Part shown: positions 7,335 to 15,413 of the stretch, piece by piece
Layout: each line of letters starts with the position of its first letter
Numbering within the stretch: position 1 is the stretch's first letter
DNA from: a virus
UHGV virus genome: UHGV-0215688
Direction: 5' to 3' (one strand)
DNA: 19,127 bases
Position numbers and translations under genes: made by a program
The notes under the pieces: model-generated
What the model was told of the DNA's origin: nothing
Databases searched by the model: none
Seen by the model: the letters and a program-made list of their open reading frames with translations, nothing else

Positions 7335-9097
7335 CCAGTCCTCCCTATCCTTGTGTAACCTACATCATGGTTAACATCTATACCTGTGGAACGGCTATCA
7401 GTAACACTCATTCCTTGTGGGGCACCTTTGAACTCAACGGTGATGGATCCTTTCGGTTGAGTCGCCGTTCCCTGTTTGATCTGATAAGGGTTATATCCTG
7501 AACTAGCCACTCCTGTACCATACGCGCCGTAACCACCGGCTCCCCACTGCGCGGCGTTTGCGGCAGCGACCGTATCACTGGCACCATCTGTAAACCACTC
7601 GATAATAGGCTTGAGCTTGTCCCACATATCCTGAAACCACTGCACAACTGGGCCCCAGTTGTTAATGATCATTCCCATAGGAGTCCAGGCGAAAACAGTT
7701 TTGAATAGCTCCCAGCCAGCCTCAAAGTATGGTTTTATGCTTCCCCACATTTCTTTAAAGAATGGCCCAACGACATCCCAATTTGCTATCAGCACCCCGG
7801 CAGCCAACGCAATCCCCCTGATAATTAAACCAATAGGTGAAGCACTAGCGACAAAGGACATTATTTTTAATGCCATACTGGCACCAGCAACGGCAACTCG
7901 AAGTGCGACAAATCCGGCTGCTGCACCCAGCAATGCTCTAACCATGGCAGGATTACGTGAAACAAAGTCAGTTGCTTTTTGAATCAGGGGCATCAACCCC
8001 GCGGCGCTGGCATTAATTTGTGGCAGCAATGCATTCCCAAGCGCCACACCAGCGTGAGTAGCCTGATTTCGTAGAAGCTGTAACTGGTTTGCAGTCGTTG
8101 CTGCACGGGCCTCATACTCTTTTTGCATTGAGCCGGTATACTGCGATGCATCACCAACCATATTGAAGTTTTTCTTCAACAGATCGAGGTTGGTTAACAG
8201 AGGGGCAATTGCGCCAATGGACTCTTTACCAAAAAGAACATTCAATGCCTTCGGTTGTCTGGCCTTATCAAGTTTTGAGATGCTTTCAAGGACCTTCAAC
8301 ATCGTTCCCTGGGCATCCTTTTGCATATCTGAAGCAAGTTTTTTGGAATTAAACCCGAGGAACTGGAACGCCTCCTGCTGCTGTTTAGAACCTCCCGTAA
8401 TTGCCAGCATAAAGTTTTTAATGCCAGTTGCGGCAATTTCCTGTTCAACGCCCACACCTGCAAGTGTTGCGCCCAACGCCGCAATCTGACCCGACGCAAT
8501 ACCAGCAACCTCCCCAAGCGGACCTATGCGGGTAACAATGTCAGAAATCTGCTGGGCGCTGGCAGCCCCGTTGTTTGAAAGATAGTTAATCTTATCTGCA
8601 AGCGAAACCACCTCACCCTGAGTCATTTTGAAAGAGGTTCGCCACTTAGCCATCATCTCGCCGGACTGATCCGCTGATTGATCAAAGGCGACGCCCATTT
8701 TCAGTGCGTCTTCTGCAAATTGCTTCAGGTCTTCCCTTGCAATACCAGCCTGGCCACCTGCGGCTACGAGTTTCGCAATATCATTCGCGGCCATAGGCAG
8801 ACGATCCGACATTTTTAAGATGTCTTCACTCATCTCGGAAAACTGCTGTGGCGTATCGAAATCGACAACTTTACGAACATCAGCCATCTGCGATTCAAAA
8901 TCTATTGCCGCTTTGGCCCCAGCAATAAACGGCGCTGCAAATGCCCCGCCGCCGATTAAATCCCCCATAGAAAAATCAGCTAGACCGCTGGATTTGATCC
9001 CTTTTTGAAACCCTTTGATTTTCTTCTGCATGGAGGACAGCGCAGGAGAAAGCTTATCAACTCCTGTAATCAGGGCTTTAAGTTCAAACTCAGCCAT
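7322..9097 (-). CDS. Tail tape measure protein
   Basis: 591 aa, Ala/Gly-rich with a helical N-terminal part and a Trp-rich C-terminal part (WDVVGPFFKEMWGSIKPYFEAGWELFKTVFAW...). Located directly after the frameshifted chaperone, the canonical tape-measure position. ATG at 9095-9097. Confidence 0.9.
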   Translation of the reverse strand: MAEFELKALITGVDKLSPALSSMQKKIKGFQKGIKSSGLADFSMGDLIGGGAFAAPFIAGAKAAIDFESQMADVRKVVDFDTPQQFSEMSEDILKMSDRLPMAANDIAKLVAAGGQAGIAREDLKQFAEDALKMGVAFDQSADQSGEMMAKWRTSFKMTQGEVVSLADKINYLSNNGAASAQQISDIVTRIGPLGEVAGIASGQIAALGATLAGVGVEQEIAATGIKNFMLAITGGSKQQQEAFQFLGFNSKKLASDMQKDAQGTMLKVLESISKLDKARQPKALNVLFGKESIGAIAPLLTNLDLLKKNFNMVGDASQYTGSMQKEYEARAATTANQLQLLRNQATHAGVALGNALLPQINASAAGLMPLIQKATDFVSRNPAMVRALLGAAAGFVALRVAVAGASMALKIMSFVASASPIGLIIRGIALAAGVLIANWDVVGPFFKEMWGSIKPYFEAGWELFKTVFAWTPMGMIINNWGPVVQWFQDMWDKLKPIIEWFTDGASDTVAAANAAQWGAGGYGAYGTGVASSGYNPYQIKQGTATQPKGSITVEFKGAPQGMSVTDSRSTGIDVNHDVGYTRIGRTGMGG

Positions 9098-9099
9098 TT

Positions 9100-9255
9100 T
9101 TATTGTTCCTGGTTGATGCGGTTGGCCTGCTCAGCAAGTAAACCCAGAACTGAAAACGGTTCGTTGAGCATTTCCAGGGGATTGATGTGCCAGTATTTGG
9201 CGCAATCAAAATAATGATTCAGGAGTTGTCCTGCGCTGAGTTCCCGAGGAAAAAA
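9100..9255 (-). other. Programmed -1 frameshift site and extension of the tail assembly chaperone (G/GT-type fusion)
   Basis: Slippery heptamer T TTT TTC on the minus strand (plus 9249-9255) inside the chaperone ORF. The -1 frame stays open for 49 codons (PRELSAGQLLNHYFDCAKYW...RINQEQ) to TAA at 9100-9102, 2 nt before the tape-measure ATG. No 0-frame gene fills 9100-9218. Confidence 0.6.
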
Positions 9256-9506
9256 CCGACAATATCCCAACTGATAGTGTTCAGATCTGAGGGTTGCATT
9301 TCATCAACAGAACTTGGTGGGATGCTCGCCAAACGAGAAATGTATTTCGCAATTACCCCTGCATCCATTTTCACGCCTGCATCGCCGCTGGCCGTGTAAG
9401 GGAAACCAAGTTCACGAACATCTTTCCCCGTAGGCTCCCGCAGCTCAAGAACGTGGATATCTTCCCCATGGGCTCGAACAGGTTTGCTTAGTTTAATTTC
9501 CTTCAT
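9219..9506 (-). CDS. Tail assembly chaperone (0-frame product)
   Basis: 95 aa between the tube and tape-measure genes; carries the slippery site near its 3' end. ATG shares one nucleotide with the tube stop (TAATG). Confidence 0.7.
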   Translation of the reverse strand: MKEIKLSKPVRAHGEDIHVLELREPTGKDVRELGFPYTASGDAGVKMDAGVIAKYISRLASIPPSSVDEMQPSDLNTISWDIVGFFLGNSAQDNS

Positions 9507-9862
9507 TACTGGTAATCCCCTTCTTCACCGTGGAACTCAAGGTCGACCGTGCCTTCTTCGGCATTATGGTTCGCTTCGCCGTGCAGCCAGGCAGACGACA
9601 GTACATAGACCTGACCGTTCGCCAGCTCGGCAGTGATGGTCATCTCATCAGACGAGGTGATTTTGCTCACCGGAAAATTCTTCGGCACCTTGAAAGTCCC
9701 TTTGACATAAGGCGCACGGTGAGTTTCCTTGCGGTCCACTGAACCGTCCAGGCCGATGATGTCATCATTGACTGTCCTGTTCATGGGCACCTCAATGCCG
9801 CCGGTCAGCGATAGCTGCTGACCGTCAATTTTGAAATAACAGGTTCCACCGATACGGGCCAT
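9506..9862 (-). CDS. Tail tube protein (Mu gpM-like)
   Basis: 118 aa immediately after the sheath gene (TAATG overlap) with GAGGAG RBS; size and position are typical of myovirus tube proteins. Confidence 0.75.
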   Translation of the reverse strand: MARIGGTCYFKIDGQQLSLTGGIEVPMNRTVNDDIIGLDGSVDRKETHRAPYVKGTFKVPKNFPVSKITSSDEMTITAELANGQVYVLSSAWLHGEANHNAEEGTVDLEFHGEEGDYQ

Positions 9863-11358
9863 TATGCAGACTCCTCTGAATACTGAAGACGGAACTGGTT
9901 AACCACGGCAAAGACACGCAACTGGTTAACATAGTCAGGCGGGAACAGCGTGTTCAGGCGGTTCGGATCACTGGCATCACGCTCCACAACCAGGTACTGC
10001 TTAAACAGTTCGTAGTTTTCCACGATCCCCGCACGCTCAAGCTGACGGTAGGTTGCCAGCAGTTCCCCTTTGATCACCGCCGGGGTGACAATCGCCTGAC
10101 CTGGACCAAAGCGGGTACCGTCGCTGGCAAGCTTGTGACGCCCGTACTTACTGGTAATGACGGATTTCAGTTTGCGCAGCACATACGCGCTGGTATGCAG
10201 CGTCTCGCTGTCGAGGTAGCTGTTATCCGCAACACCGTAAGCGTTTTTCCTGTACGTGGTGACATCACGCTGAATGCGCAGCACCCCGCTTTCGACATAC
10301 GCCGTTGCCACGCCATGAGACAGCAGGGTCTGTTGCTCGGTCATCGTGAACCGTTTCCCCTTCGGCGCAGGCAGCATACCCACCAGCTCACCGGTCTGCG
10401 TGGGACGTGCCGGATCGTTGCGAATAAACACCGCTGCGCGGGCGGTACGGCTTGCCGCCAGTTCGTCGGCAGGCGTCTGGGTCTCTTTTTCGTACCCCGC
10501 CAGGGTAATGTGCTGCTGGTTAAACTGGTCACCTGCGGTCACCAGTTCTGACAGCGTGCCGATCTTTGCCGTATACACATGACCATACAGCTGACGCGCA
10601 TAGCTCCAGCGACCGCTGGTATCGTTCATCTCGGTCACCAGCGTGTTAACGGAGGCCGTGTCGTTGAACGGCAGGCCGATATAATCAAACGGCTCATCCG
10701 CCATTGCAGCGACCGCGCCGGTGAGAACCGGAGCGCCCGCTCCGGAGGTACCCGTCGCCACGGCAATCTGTACGCCCGCAGGCAGCACTTCGCCCCCACC
10801 GAAGCCGTAGTAATTGAGGCTGACAGGAATTTCATTCCCGCAAAGCCCCTTATGACGCGCGGTCAGTGTGACCACGCCTGCCGAAGATGAGGCCGTAAAC
10901 GGCAGGGCCGGAACGGCATTGATGGCATCCTGAATACTGCTGGCAATCGTCGTGACGTTATCGCCGTTGGTCACCGGTGCCTGCACGCGGGTACGTCCCA
11001 CATAAACATTCACCGTGCCGGTTTCGGTTGCTGCTCCGGTCACCGTCAGCGTAACCGTTGCCGCCGCGCCTGTGGCTTCCGGAACGGCAATCACATACAG
11101 CTCGCCAAACGGGTCGGTCTGGCGATAAGCCTCGACCATACGCGCCAGCTGACTTCCCGCACCACAAATCTGGCGTGCATAGTCTGCCGACGGCATCAGC
11201 ACCAGACTGTTGGCAACAATCTCTGCACCGTTATTGGCGTGACCAATCAGCAACGACGCTCCGCTGTCCTGTGCAGTATTAGCCGCCTGGTTATCCATTT
11301 CCGCATAAAACAGCGGAACCAGCGTATTCGACGGAATGGTGTTAAAGCTTATCGTCAT
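9862..11358 (-). CDS. Contractile tail sheath protein (Mu gpL-like)
   Basis: 498 aa, first large tail gene after the neck genes and followed by the tube gene; AAGGTGA RBS upstream of ATG at 11356-11358. Confidence 0.85.
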   Translation of the reverse strand: MTISFNTIPSNTLVPLFYAEMDNQAANTAQDSGASLLIGHANNGAEIVANSLVLMPSADYARQICGAGSQLARMVEAYRQTDPFGELYVIAVPEATGAAATVTLTVTGAATETGTVNVYVGRTRVQAPVTNGDNVTTIASSIQDAINAVPALPFTASSSAGVVTLTARHKGLCGNEIPVSLNYYGFGGGEVLPAGVQIAVATGTSGAGAPVLTGAVAAMADEPFDYIGLPFNDTASVNTLVTEMNDTSGRWSYARQLYGHVYTAKIGTLSELVTAGDQFNQQHITLAGYEKETQTPADELAASRTARAAVFIRNDPARPTQTGELVGMLPAPKGKRFTMTEQQTLLSHGVATAYVESGVLRIQRDVTTYRKNAYGVADNSYLDSETLHTSAYVLRKLKSVITSKYGRHKLASDGTRFGPGQAIVTPAVIKGELLATYRQLERAGIVENYELFKQYLVVERDASDPNRLNTLFPPDYVNQLRVFAVVNQFRLQYSEESA

Positions 11359-11524
11359 CGGTATTCACCTTTTCATTCACGCGCCGGATATCACCCGCTG
11401 CTTCACGGCGCAGCCAGTAGTTGTTCTCGTCAACATTTCGCCCTTCGGTGGGCAAAAGGTCACCGCGGGCAGGGTCAGGCACTGACCGCCCTTTAACAGG
11501 TTTGACAAACATGAGGATCCTCAT
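11342..11524 (-). CDS. Small Mu gp38-like protein (DUF2635-like)
   Basis: 60 aa directly before the sheath gene, as in Mu-like tail modules. Start ATG overlaps the upstream stop (ATGA) inside a 14-bp palindrome. Confidence 0.55.
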   Translation of the reverse strand: MRILMFVKPVKGRSVPDPARGDLLPTEGRNVDENNYWLRREAAGDIRRVNEKVNTDDDKL

Positions 11525-12081
11525 GAAGGAAGGGTTATTTCGGTGTGATGTTCGATATCGCCGTCAGGCCCGTTACCGGGATCGAGATAATCAACATCAA
11601 TCGCCAGCGTTTGCAGTTCATCCAGACTGTTCAGCTCATCCTGCTGGCGGGTATCGTCTTCGGTCAGCTCGCTGATGACCGAAAAATCGAACTGATAAAT
11701 CAGCTCATGACGATTCAGATCCAGCAGCGTGCCGCCGTCATAGGTAATCGGGTTACCGCACGCCTCCGGGTTCCAGCCCAGCAGGGCCTTAAAGAGCATC
11801 TGCCGGACATCGTCCACCACATCATACGAAGCAAACTGACCGCGCTCATCACGCCCGTTACTCAGTATGACAACCACGGAGAAGCCCTCTTTCAGCTCCT
11901 GCCAGTAGTCGGTCTGGCTTTTGTTTTCTCCCGGAGAGTCATCACCCGGTACCACATATGCCGCCGGGAGCTTCAGCTTTCCGACCTCCGGCAGATTTTT
12001 GAACTGGGCCGCGCCTGCAACCCGGTTTTCAAAATACGGACAGCGGGCACGCAGCGCAGCAATAACAGGCGTCAGTTTCAT
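11521..12081 (-). CDS. Mu gp37-like tail completion/terminator-type protein
   Basis: 186 aa between the gp10-like and gp38-like genes with ATGA overlaps at both ends; acidic C-terminal third (ELTEDDTRQQDELNSLDELQ...). Confidence 0.55.
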   Translation of the reverse strand: MKLTPVIAALRARCPYFENRVAGAAQFKNLPEVGKLKLPAAYVVPGDDSPGENKSQTDYWQELKEGFSVVVILSNGRDERGQFASYDVVDDVRQMLFKALLGWNPEACGNPITYDGGTLLDLNRHELIYQFDFSVISELTEDDTRQQDELNSLDELQTLAIDVDYLDPGNGPDGDIEHHTEITLPS

Positions 12082-12584
12082 CTGTGTCGTCGCTCCGGCT
12101 TCAGTGATTTACGCAATTCCCGCGCCAGAAAATAGCGTGTCCAGCTGCGGTTCTTTTCAAGAGTTTCCACCATGAAGTTATTACGTGGAGCCAGTCGCCA
12201 GCCGCTGCCACCGGATGCACCACGATGATGACTACGACGACGTTTTGCTCCTCCCCGGACACCAAAAAATAGAAACGCCGGATAGAAGTCACCAGAGATC
12301 ATCCGGTTCCCCTTCCCGTTGCGCTGGTTAGGGGCTATACGTGCCATAAAACCGGGGCGATGTTTACTGGCTCTGGGTACCATATAACCAATCGAACGTG
12401 CCAGGCGTCCGGTCTGATAACCGGGGTTTTCACCCGGTGCCGACCGCGCACGGCGCATCACCAGCCGACGGGCATCACGCATATGACGCTGCCCAATCGT
12501 GACAAACGCCCGCCGGACACGGGCGCGGTTAAAGCGCATCTCCGTGGGCTGCTGAACATCAACGTGCAAAAAGGGAGTCGCCAT
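12078..12584 (-). CDS. HK97 gp10-family neck/tail-completion protein
   Basis: 168 aa, very basic, with the PGENPGYQTGRLARSIGY motif resembling the gp10-family signature (P..P...TG.LRRSI); GGAGG RBS 5 nt upstream of the ATG. Confidence 0.7.
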   Translation of the reverse strand: MATPFLHVDVQQPTEMRFNRARVRRAFVTIGQRHMRDARRLVMRRARSAPGENPGYQTGRLARSIGYMVPRASKHRPGFMARIAPNQRNGKGNRMISGDFYPAFLFFGVRGGAKRRRSHHRGASGGSGWRLAPRNNFMVETLEKNRSWTRYFLARELRKSLKPERRHR

Positions 12585-12969
12585 TGCTGCCTCCGTGACT
12601 CTGCGTAAATTCGCCCAGCTCTGTACACTCCAGCAACAGAAAGCGCCGCGCCCCGTTCAGATCACGCTGACGTTTCACCCGGTACACACTGTCATCACAG
12701 ACCACCTCATAATCAGCAGTGATCCCCCGGCGGTAACGAATGGTGATGTAATGGGTGATGGCGTCCCCGGTCTGCGCGGTTTCCTGCCAGGTGGTGGCAC
12801 TGGTCTGGATAACCTTCGCCCATGTCCGGAACGCAACCGGGTATTGAGGCTCCACGCCAAAGTTATCAGCGGGCATATCCACCCGCTGGCGGATCAGGAC
12901 GCGTTTATTCAGTTCACCGGGGTCCGGCAGAATGTAGGTTGCGCTGGTCTGCGCCTGACTAATTTTCAT
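12559..12969 (-). CDS. Head closure / head-tail joining protein
   Basis: 136 aa following the connector gene (ATGA overlap); pattern fits the head-tail joining family (VIQTSATTWQE...YITIRYRRGIT...YRVKRQRDLNGARRFLLLEC). Confidence 0.65.
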   Translation of the reverse strand: MKISQAQTSATYILPDPGELNKRVLIRQRVDMPADNFGVEPQYPVAFRTWAKVIQTSATTWQETAQTGDAITHYITIRYRRGITADYEVVCDDSVYRVKRQRDLNGARRFLLLECTELGEFTQSHGGSNGDSLFAR

Positions 12970-13289
12970 TGCTGAAAGTACCTGTACGGGCCGACAAGCC
13001 AGCCAAAACTCTGCGGCATGTCGAGTTTCTCCACTTCCGTAACCGACGAGCGGTTTTCGTAAAAATGGCTGATAAGCATCAGCATCCCCAGACGAATATC
13101 ATCCGGCAGGTGCAGCCCGTCCGGATCGCTGTCCGGAATGGTGTCATCCGGTGCATAGAGCTTCCGGTTCAGATACGTTTCCGTCCGCTTTTGTGCCGCA
13201 CAGGCCAGCAGTTGCAGATGGCGGTCATCAGCATCGAAATCCTCATCCAGCCGGAGTTGGGCTTTAATCTCTTCCATTGTCAGAAGCAT
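12966..13289 (-). CDS. gp6-like head-tail connector (DNA-packaging/adaptor) protein
   Basis: 107 aa; N-terminus MEEIKAQLRLDEDFDADD...YLNRKL is typical of gp6-like connector proteins; placed after the major capsid block. Confidence 0.65.
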   Translation of the reverse strand: MLLTMEEIKAQLRLDEDFDADDRHLQLLACAAQKRTETYLNRKLYAPDDTIPDSDPDGLHLPDDIRLGMLMLISHFYENRSSVTEVEKLDMPQSFGWLVGPYRYFQQ

Positions 13290-13291
13290 AC

Positions 13292-13492
13292 TCAGCCCTC
13301 TTTACTGGTCGTGGCTTTTTTCTCTTTTGTCGCTTTACTGCTTTTTGCACTGGTTCCGCGCTCTGCTAACCCGGCCTGAAGTGCAATCTCCTGCACCCGG
13401 ACAGGAAGCTCCCCGTCGTCATACTCACCGGCCCGAATGACCTCAACACGCATACCGTCCGGTGACCATTTCAGATCTTGTTTCAGGATCAT
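13292..13492 (-). CDS. Small hypothetical head-module protein
   Basis: 66 aa with a Lys/Ser/Thr-rich tail, between major capsid and connector genes; no family recognised. Confidence 0.4.
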   Translation of the reverse strand: MILKQDLKWSPDGMRVEVIRAGEYDDGELPVRVQEIALQAGLAERGTSAKSSKATKEKKATTSKEG

Positions 13493-13511
13493 GATTCTTC
13501 ACCCGTCAGAA

Positions 13512-13537
13512 CAGGGGGAGCGGTTCCGCGCCCCCTG
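13512..13537. terminator. GC-rich imperfect hairpin just downstream of the major capsid gene (possible attenuator/RNA-stabilising stem)
   Basis: caggggg (13512-13518) pairs with ccccctg (13531-13537), with further inner pairing; lies in the 50-nt gap after the capsid stop at 13543. No clean U-tract follows on the minus strand. Confidence 0.3.
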
Positions 13538-13542
13538 AATGA

Positions 13543-14748
13543 TTACGCCGCTGCAATCTTCAGCAGTTTGATGGCCTGCGAATCGACCAGCATGCCGCCG
13601 GTGCGTTTGGTGGTATAAAAACCGACAAACGGTTTATTGGTGTACGGGTCACGCAGAATGCGGGTGCCGATACGGTCAACGATGGTGTAACCCCGTTTGA
13701 AGTTACCAAATGCAATGGCTTTCGCATCAGCGGCGATATCCGGCATCTGTTCGTTTTCAGCGATACCGTAACCCGACAGAGAGGACGGCTGCCCCAGATC
13801 CAGCCCCGGACGCCACAGATAGTTACCCTCGCTGTCTTTCAGCAGACGGATGGCAAACAGGCTATTGTTGTTCATCATGAACTTCGCGCCGGTGCGGTGT
13901 GCCTTACGCAGCGTGTAAATCAGTTTGATAATGGCGTCTGCGGTCACCGCCGTCGCGGCGCCGGATACAATATGCTGAAGTTTGCCGAACGCCCGGACCT
14001 TATCGGTTTCATCCGTGGATTCATACGCCAGGAACCCTTTCGGCTTCTTGGTACCATCGCCGGTGGTAAAGGCAATTTCTTCCTGTTCGGCAAATTCGGT
14101 TGCCAGCTCGCTGTTGATCCATGCTTCCACGTTGAAAAAGGCATCATCCAGCATTTTCTGGGTGGCCTGCGGGTTACCGTAGATTTCCCCCATGAAAGGT
14201 TCAATCAGGCCCAGTTTTGAGGTGGCAGTCTGGGAGCGCGCGTCAGTCTCGCCAACCCATCCAGAAGCCGTGCCGCCCAGATTCACCAGTTTTTTGTAGT
14301 CGGAGCCACCAACGGTGATCACCGTGGCTTCCTGGCGCATCACCACTTCATCTTTCAGCAGGGTGAGAATGTTGCGATCCAGTGCTTCCGGCACGGCATA
14401 GCCGCCGTCTTCATCGGTGCCCACCTGTAATGCCTTGCGCTCCAGATCGCGCAGACCATCTTCACGGCCTTTACGCAGGAAGCCCACAAACGCTTCTTTA
14501 TGCTCGGTGGCCAGTTTATTTTGCGCACCACCTGCCGGACGTTTCAGCTCAAGCAGCTCTTTTTCAAGATCGCTTTTGAGGTTTTCCAGCTCGCTGAGTT
14601 TCCCGTTCAGGGTTTCCACCTGCCCGGCAAGCTTGCCTTTTTCCTGCTCAATCGCATCCACGCGCTTGTCGTTCTTTGCTTTGAAGTCGTCAAACTTCTG
14701 CTGCAGCTCCTGCGCGACCTGTTCGACATCTTTAATATCTACCGCCAT
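13543..14748 (-). CDS. Major capsid protein, HK97 family, with N-terminal delta (scaffold-like) domain
   Basis: 401 aa; about 100-aa N-terminal predicted coiled coil (EQVAQELQQKFDDFKAKNDKRVDAIEQEKGKL...) followed by a capsid domain. Directly downstream of the prohead protease, with no separate scaffold gene. AGGAGA RBS. Confidence 0.9.
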   Translation of the reverse strand: MAVDIKDVEQVAQELQQKFDDFKAKNDKRVDAIEQEKGKLAGQVETLNGKLSELENLKSDLEKELLELKRPAGGAQNKLATEHKEAFVGFLRKGREDGLRDLERKALQVGTDEDGGYAVPEALDRNILTLLKDEVVMRQEATVITVGGSDYKKLVNLGGTASGWVGETDARSQTATSKLGLIEPFMGEIYGNPQATQKMLDDAFFNVEAWINSELATEFAEQEEIAFTTGDGTKKPKGFLAYESTDETDKVRAFGKLQHIVSGAATAVTADAIIKLIYTLRKAHRTGAKFMMNNNSLFAIRLLKDSEGNYLWRPGLDLGQPSSLSGYGIAENEQMPDIAADAKAIAFGNFKRGYTIVDRIGTRILRDPYTNKPFVGFYTTKRTGGMLVDSQAIKLLKIAAA

Positions 14749-14762
14749 CGTATTTCTCCTGA

Positions 14763-15413
14763 TTAGAAGTTCAGATTTTTCAGTGCATTCAGTGCAGAGC
14801 TCACATCCTCAGCGTCGCGCAGGGACAGTGCGCCATAGCCCCCGGCCATGAATGCTTTGGCCTGGGTACGGGAGAGTCCGACATCACGCAGGACTCTTTC
14901 GATTTTTTTCTGTTCAGGGATTTCCCCGCGGGCCAGTGCGTTCTTGACGTCGCTGATCCGCGCCTCGTCGTTAGACGGAAACGTCACCAGACTGACTTCC
15001 CAGAGGTCGATTTCTTTCAGCAAAAAGGCTTCTTTGCTCCTGTCGTATTCCCAGTCTTTCAGGACGTACCCAATAGAAAGGCCGGTTAACGAACCGGCCT
15101 TCATGTGTGCATGTGCGCGTTTTGCGAGGGGATCATCATCAATAAGCAACCGTCCCCTGACGTAAAGCCCGACATCGTCTTCCTTCATTTCAGTGTAAAC
15201 ACCGATGGGTTCATCCATGCGGTGCTGCCAGAGCAGCGCAGGTAACGCTTTTCTGTCACTCCACGCCCGCAGGGAAGCAGCAAATGCCCCGGACATCACC
15301 ACATCATCGTGGCTGTCCTTTACACCAAAGACGGAGCCATACCCTTCAAACTCACCGGAGTCACTGACAGATTTCAGACTCAGCGGTACATCAAGACGTT
15401 GTTTCGTCTGCAT
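14763..15413 (-). CDS. Prohead maturation protease (HK97 family)
   Basis: Motif EFEGYGSVFGVKDSHDDVVMSGAFAASL matches the HK97 prohead protease signature. ORF track starts at 15449, but the ATG at 15411-15413 has an AAGGA RBS; overlaps the portal 3' end. Confidence 0.85.
   Translation of the reverse strand: MQTKQRLDVPLSLKSVSDSGEFEGYGSVFGVKDSHDDVVMSGAFAASLRAWSDRKALPALLWQHRMDEPIGVYTEMKEDDVGLYVRGRLLIDDDPLAKRAHAHMKAGSLTGLSIGYVLKDWEYDRSKEAFLLKEIDLWEVSLVTFPSNDEARISDVKNALARGEIPEQKKIERVLRDVGLSRTQAKAFMAGGYGALSLRDAEDVSSALNALKNLNF

Noticed and set aside
7313-7501. 62-aa plus-strand ORF starting ATGGGAGG
   Set aside because: Its start codon is inside the stem of the intergenic hairpin and the ORF overlaps the 3' end of the tape-measure gene; no RBS.
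9005-9399. Two short plus-strand ORFs (9005..9214, 9187..9399) in the apparent gap between chaperone and tape measure
   Set aside because: The gap is explained by the -1 frameshift extension of the chaperone on the minus strand; the plus-strand ORFs lack RBS and overlap minus-strand coding sequence.
11545-12135. 196-aa plus-strand ORF
   Set aside because: Antisense to the gp37-like tail gene; no RBS; its start lies next to the 14-bp palindrome, which trivially creates ATG on both strands.
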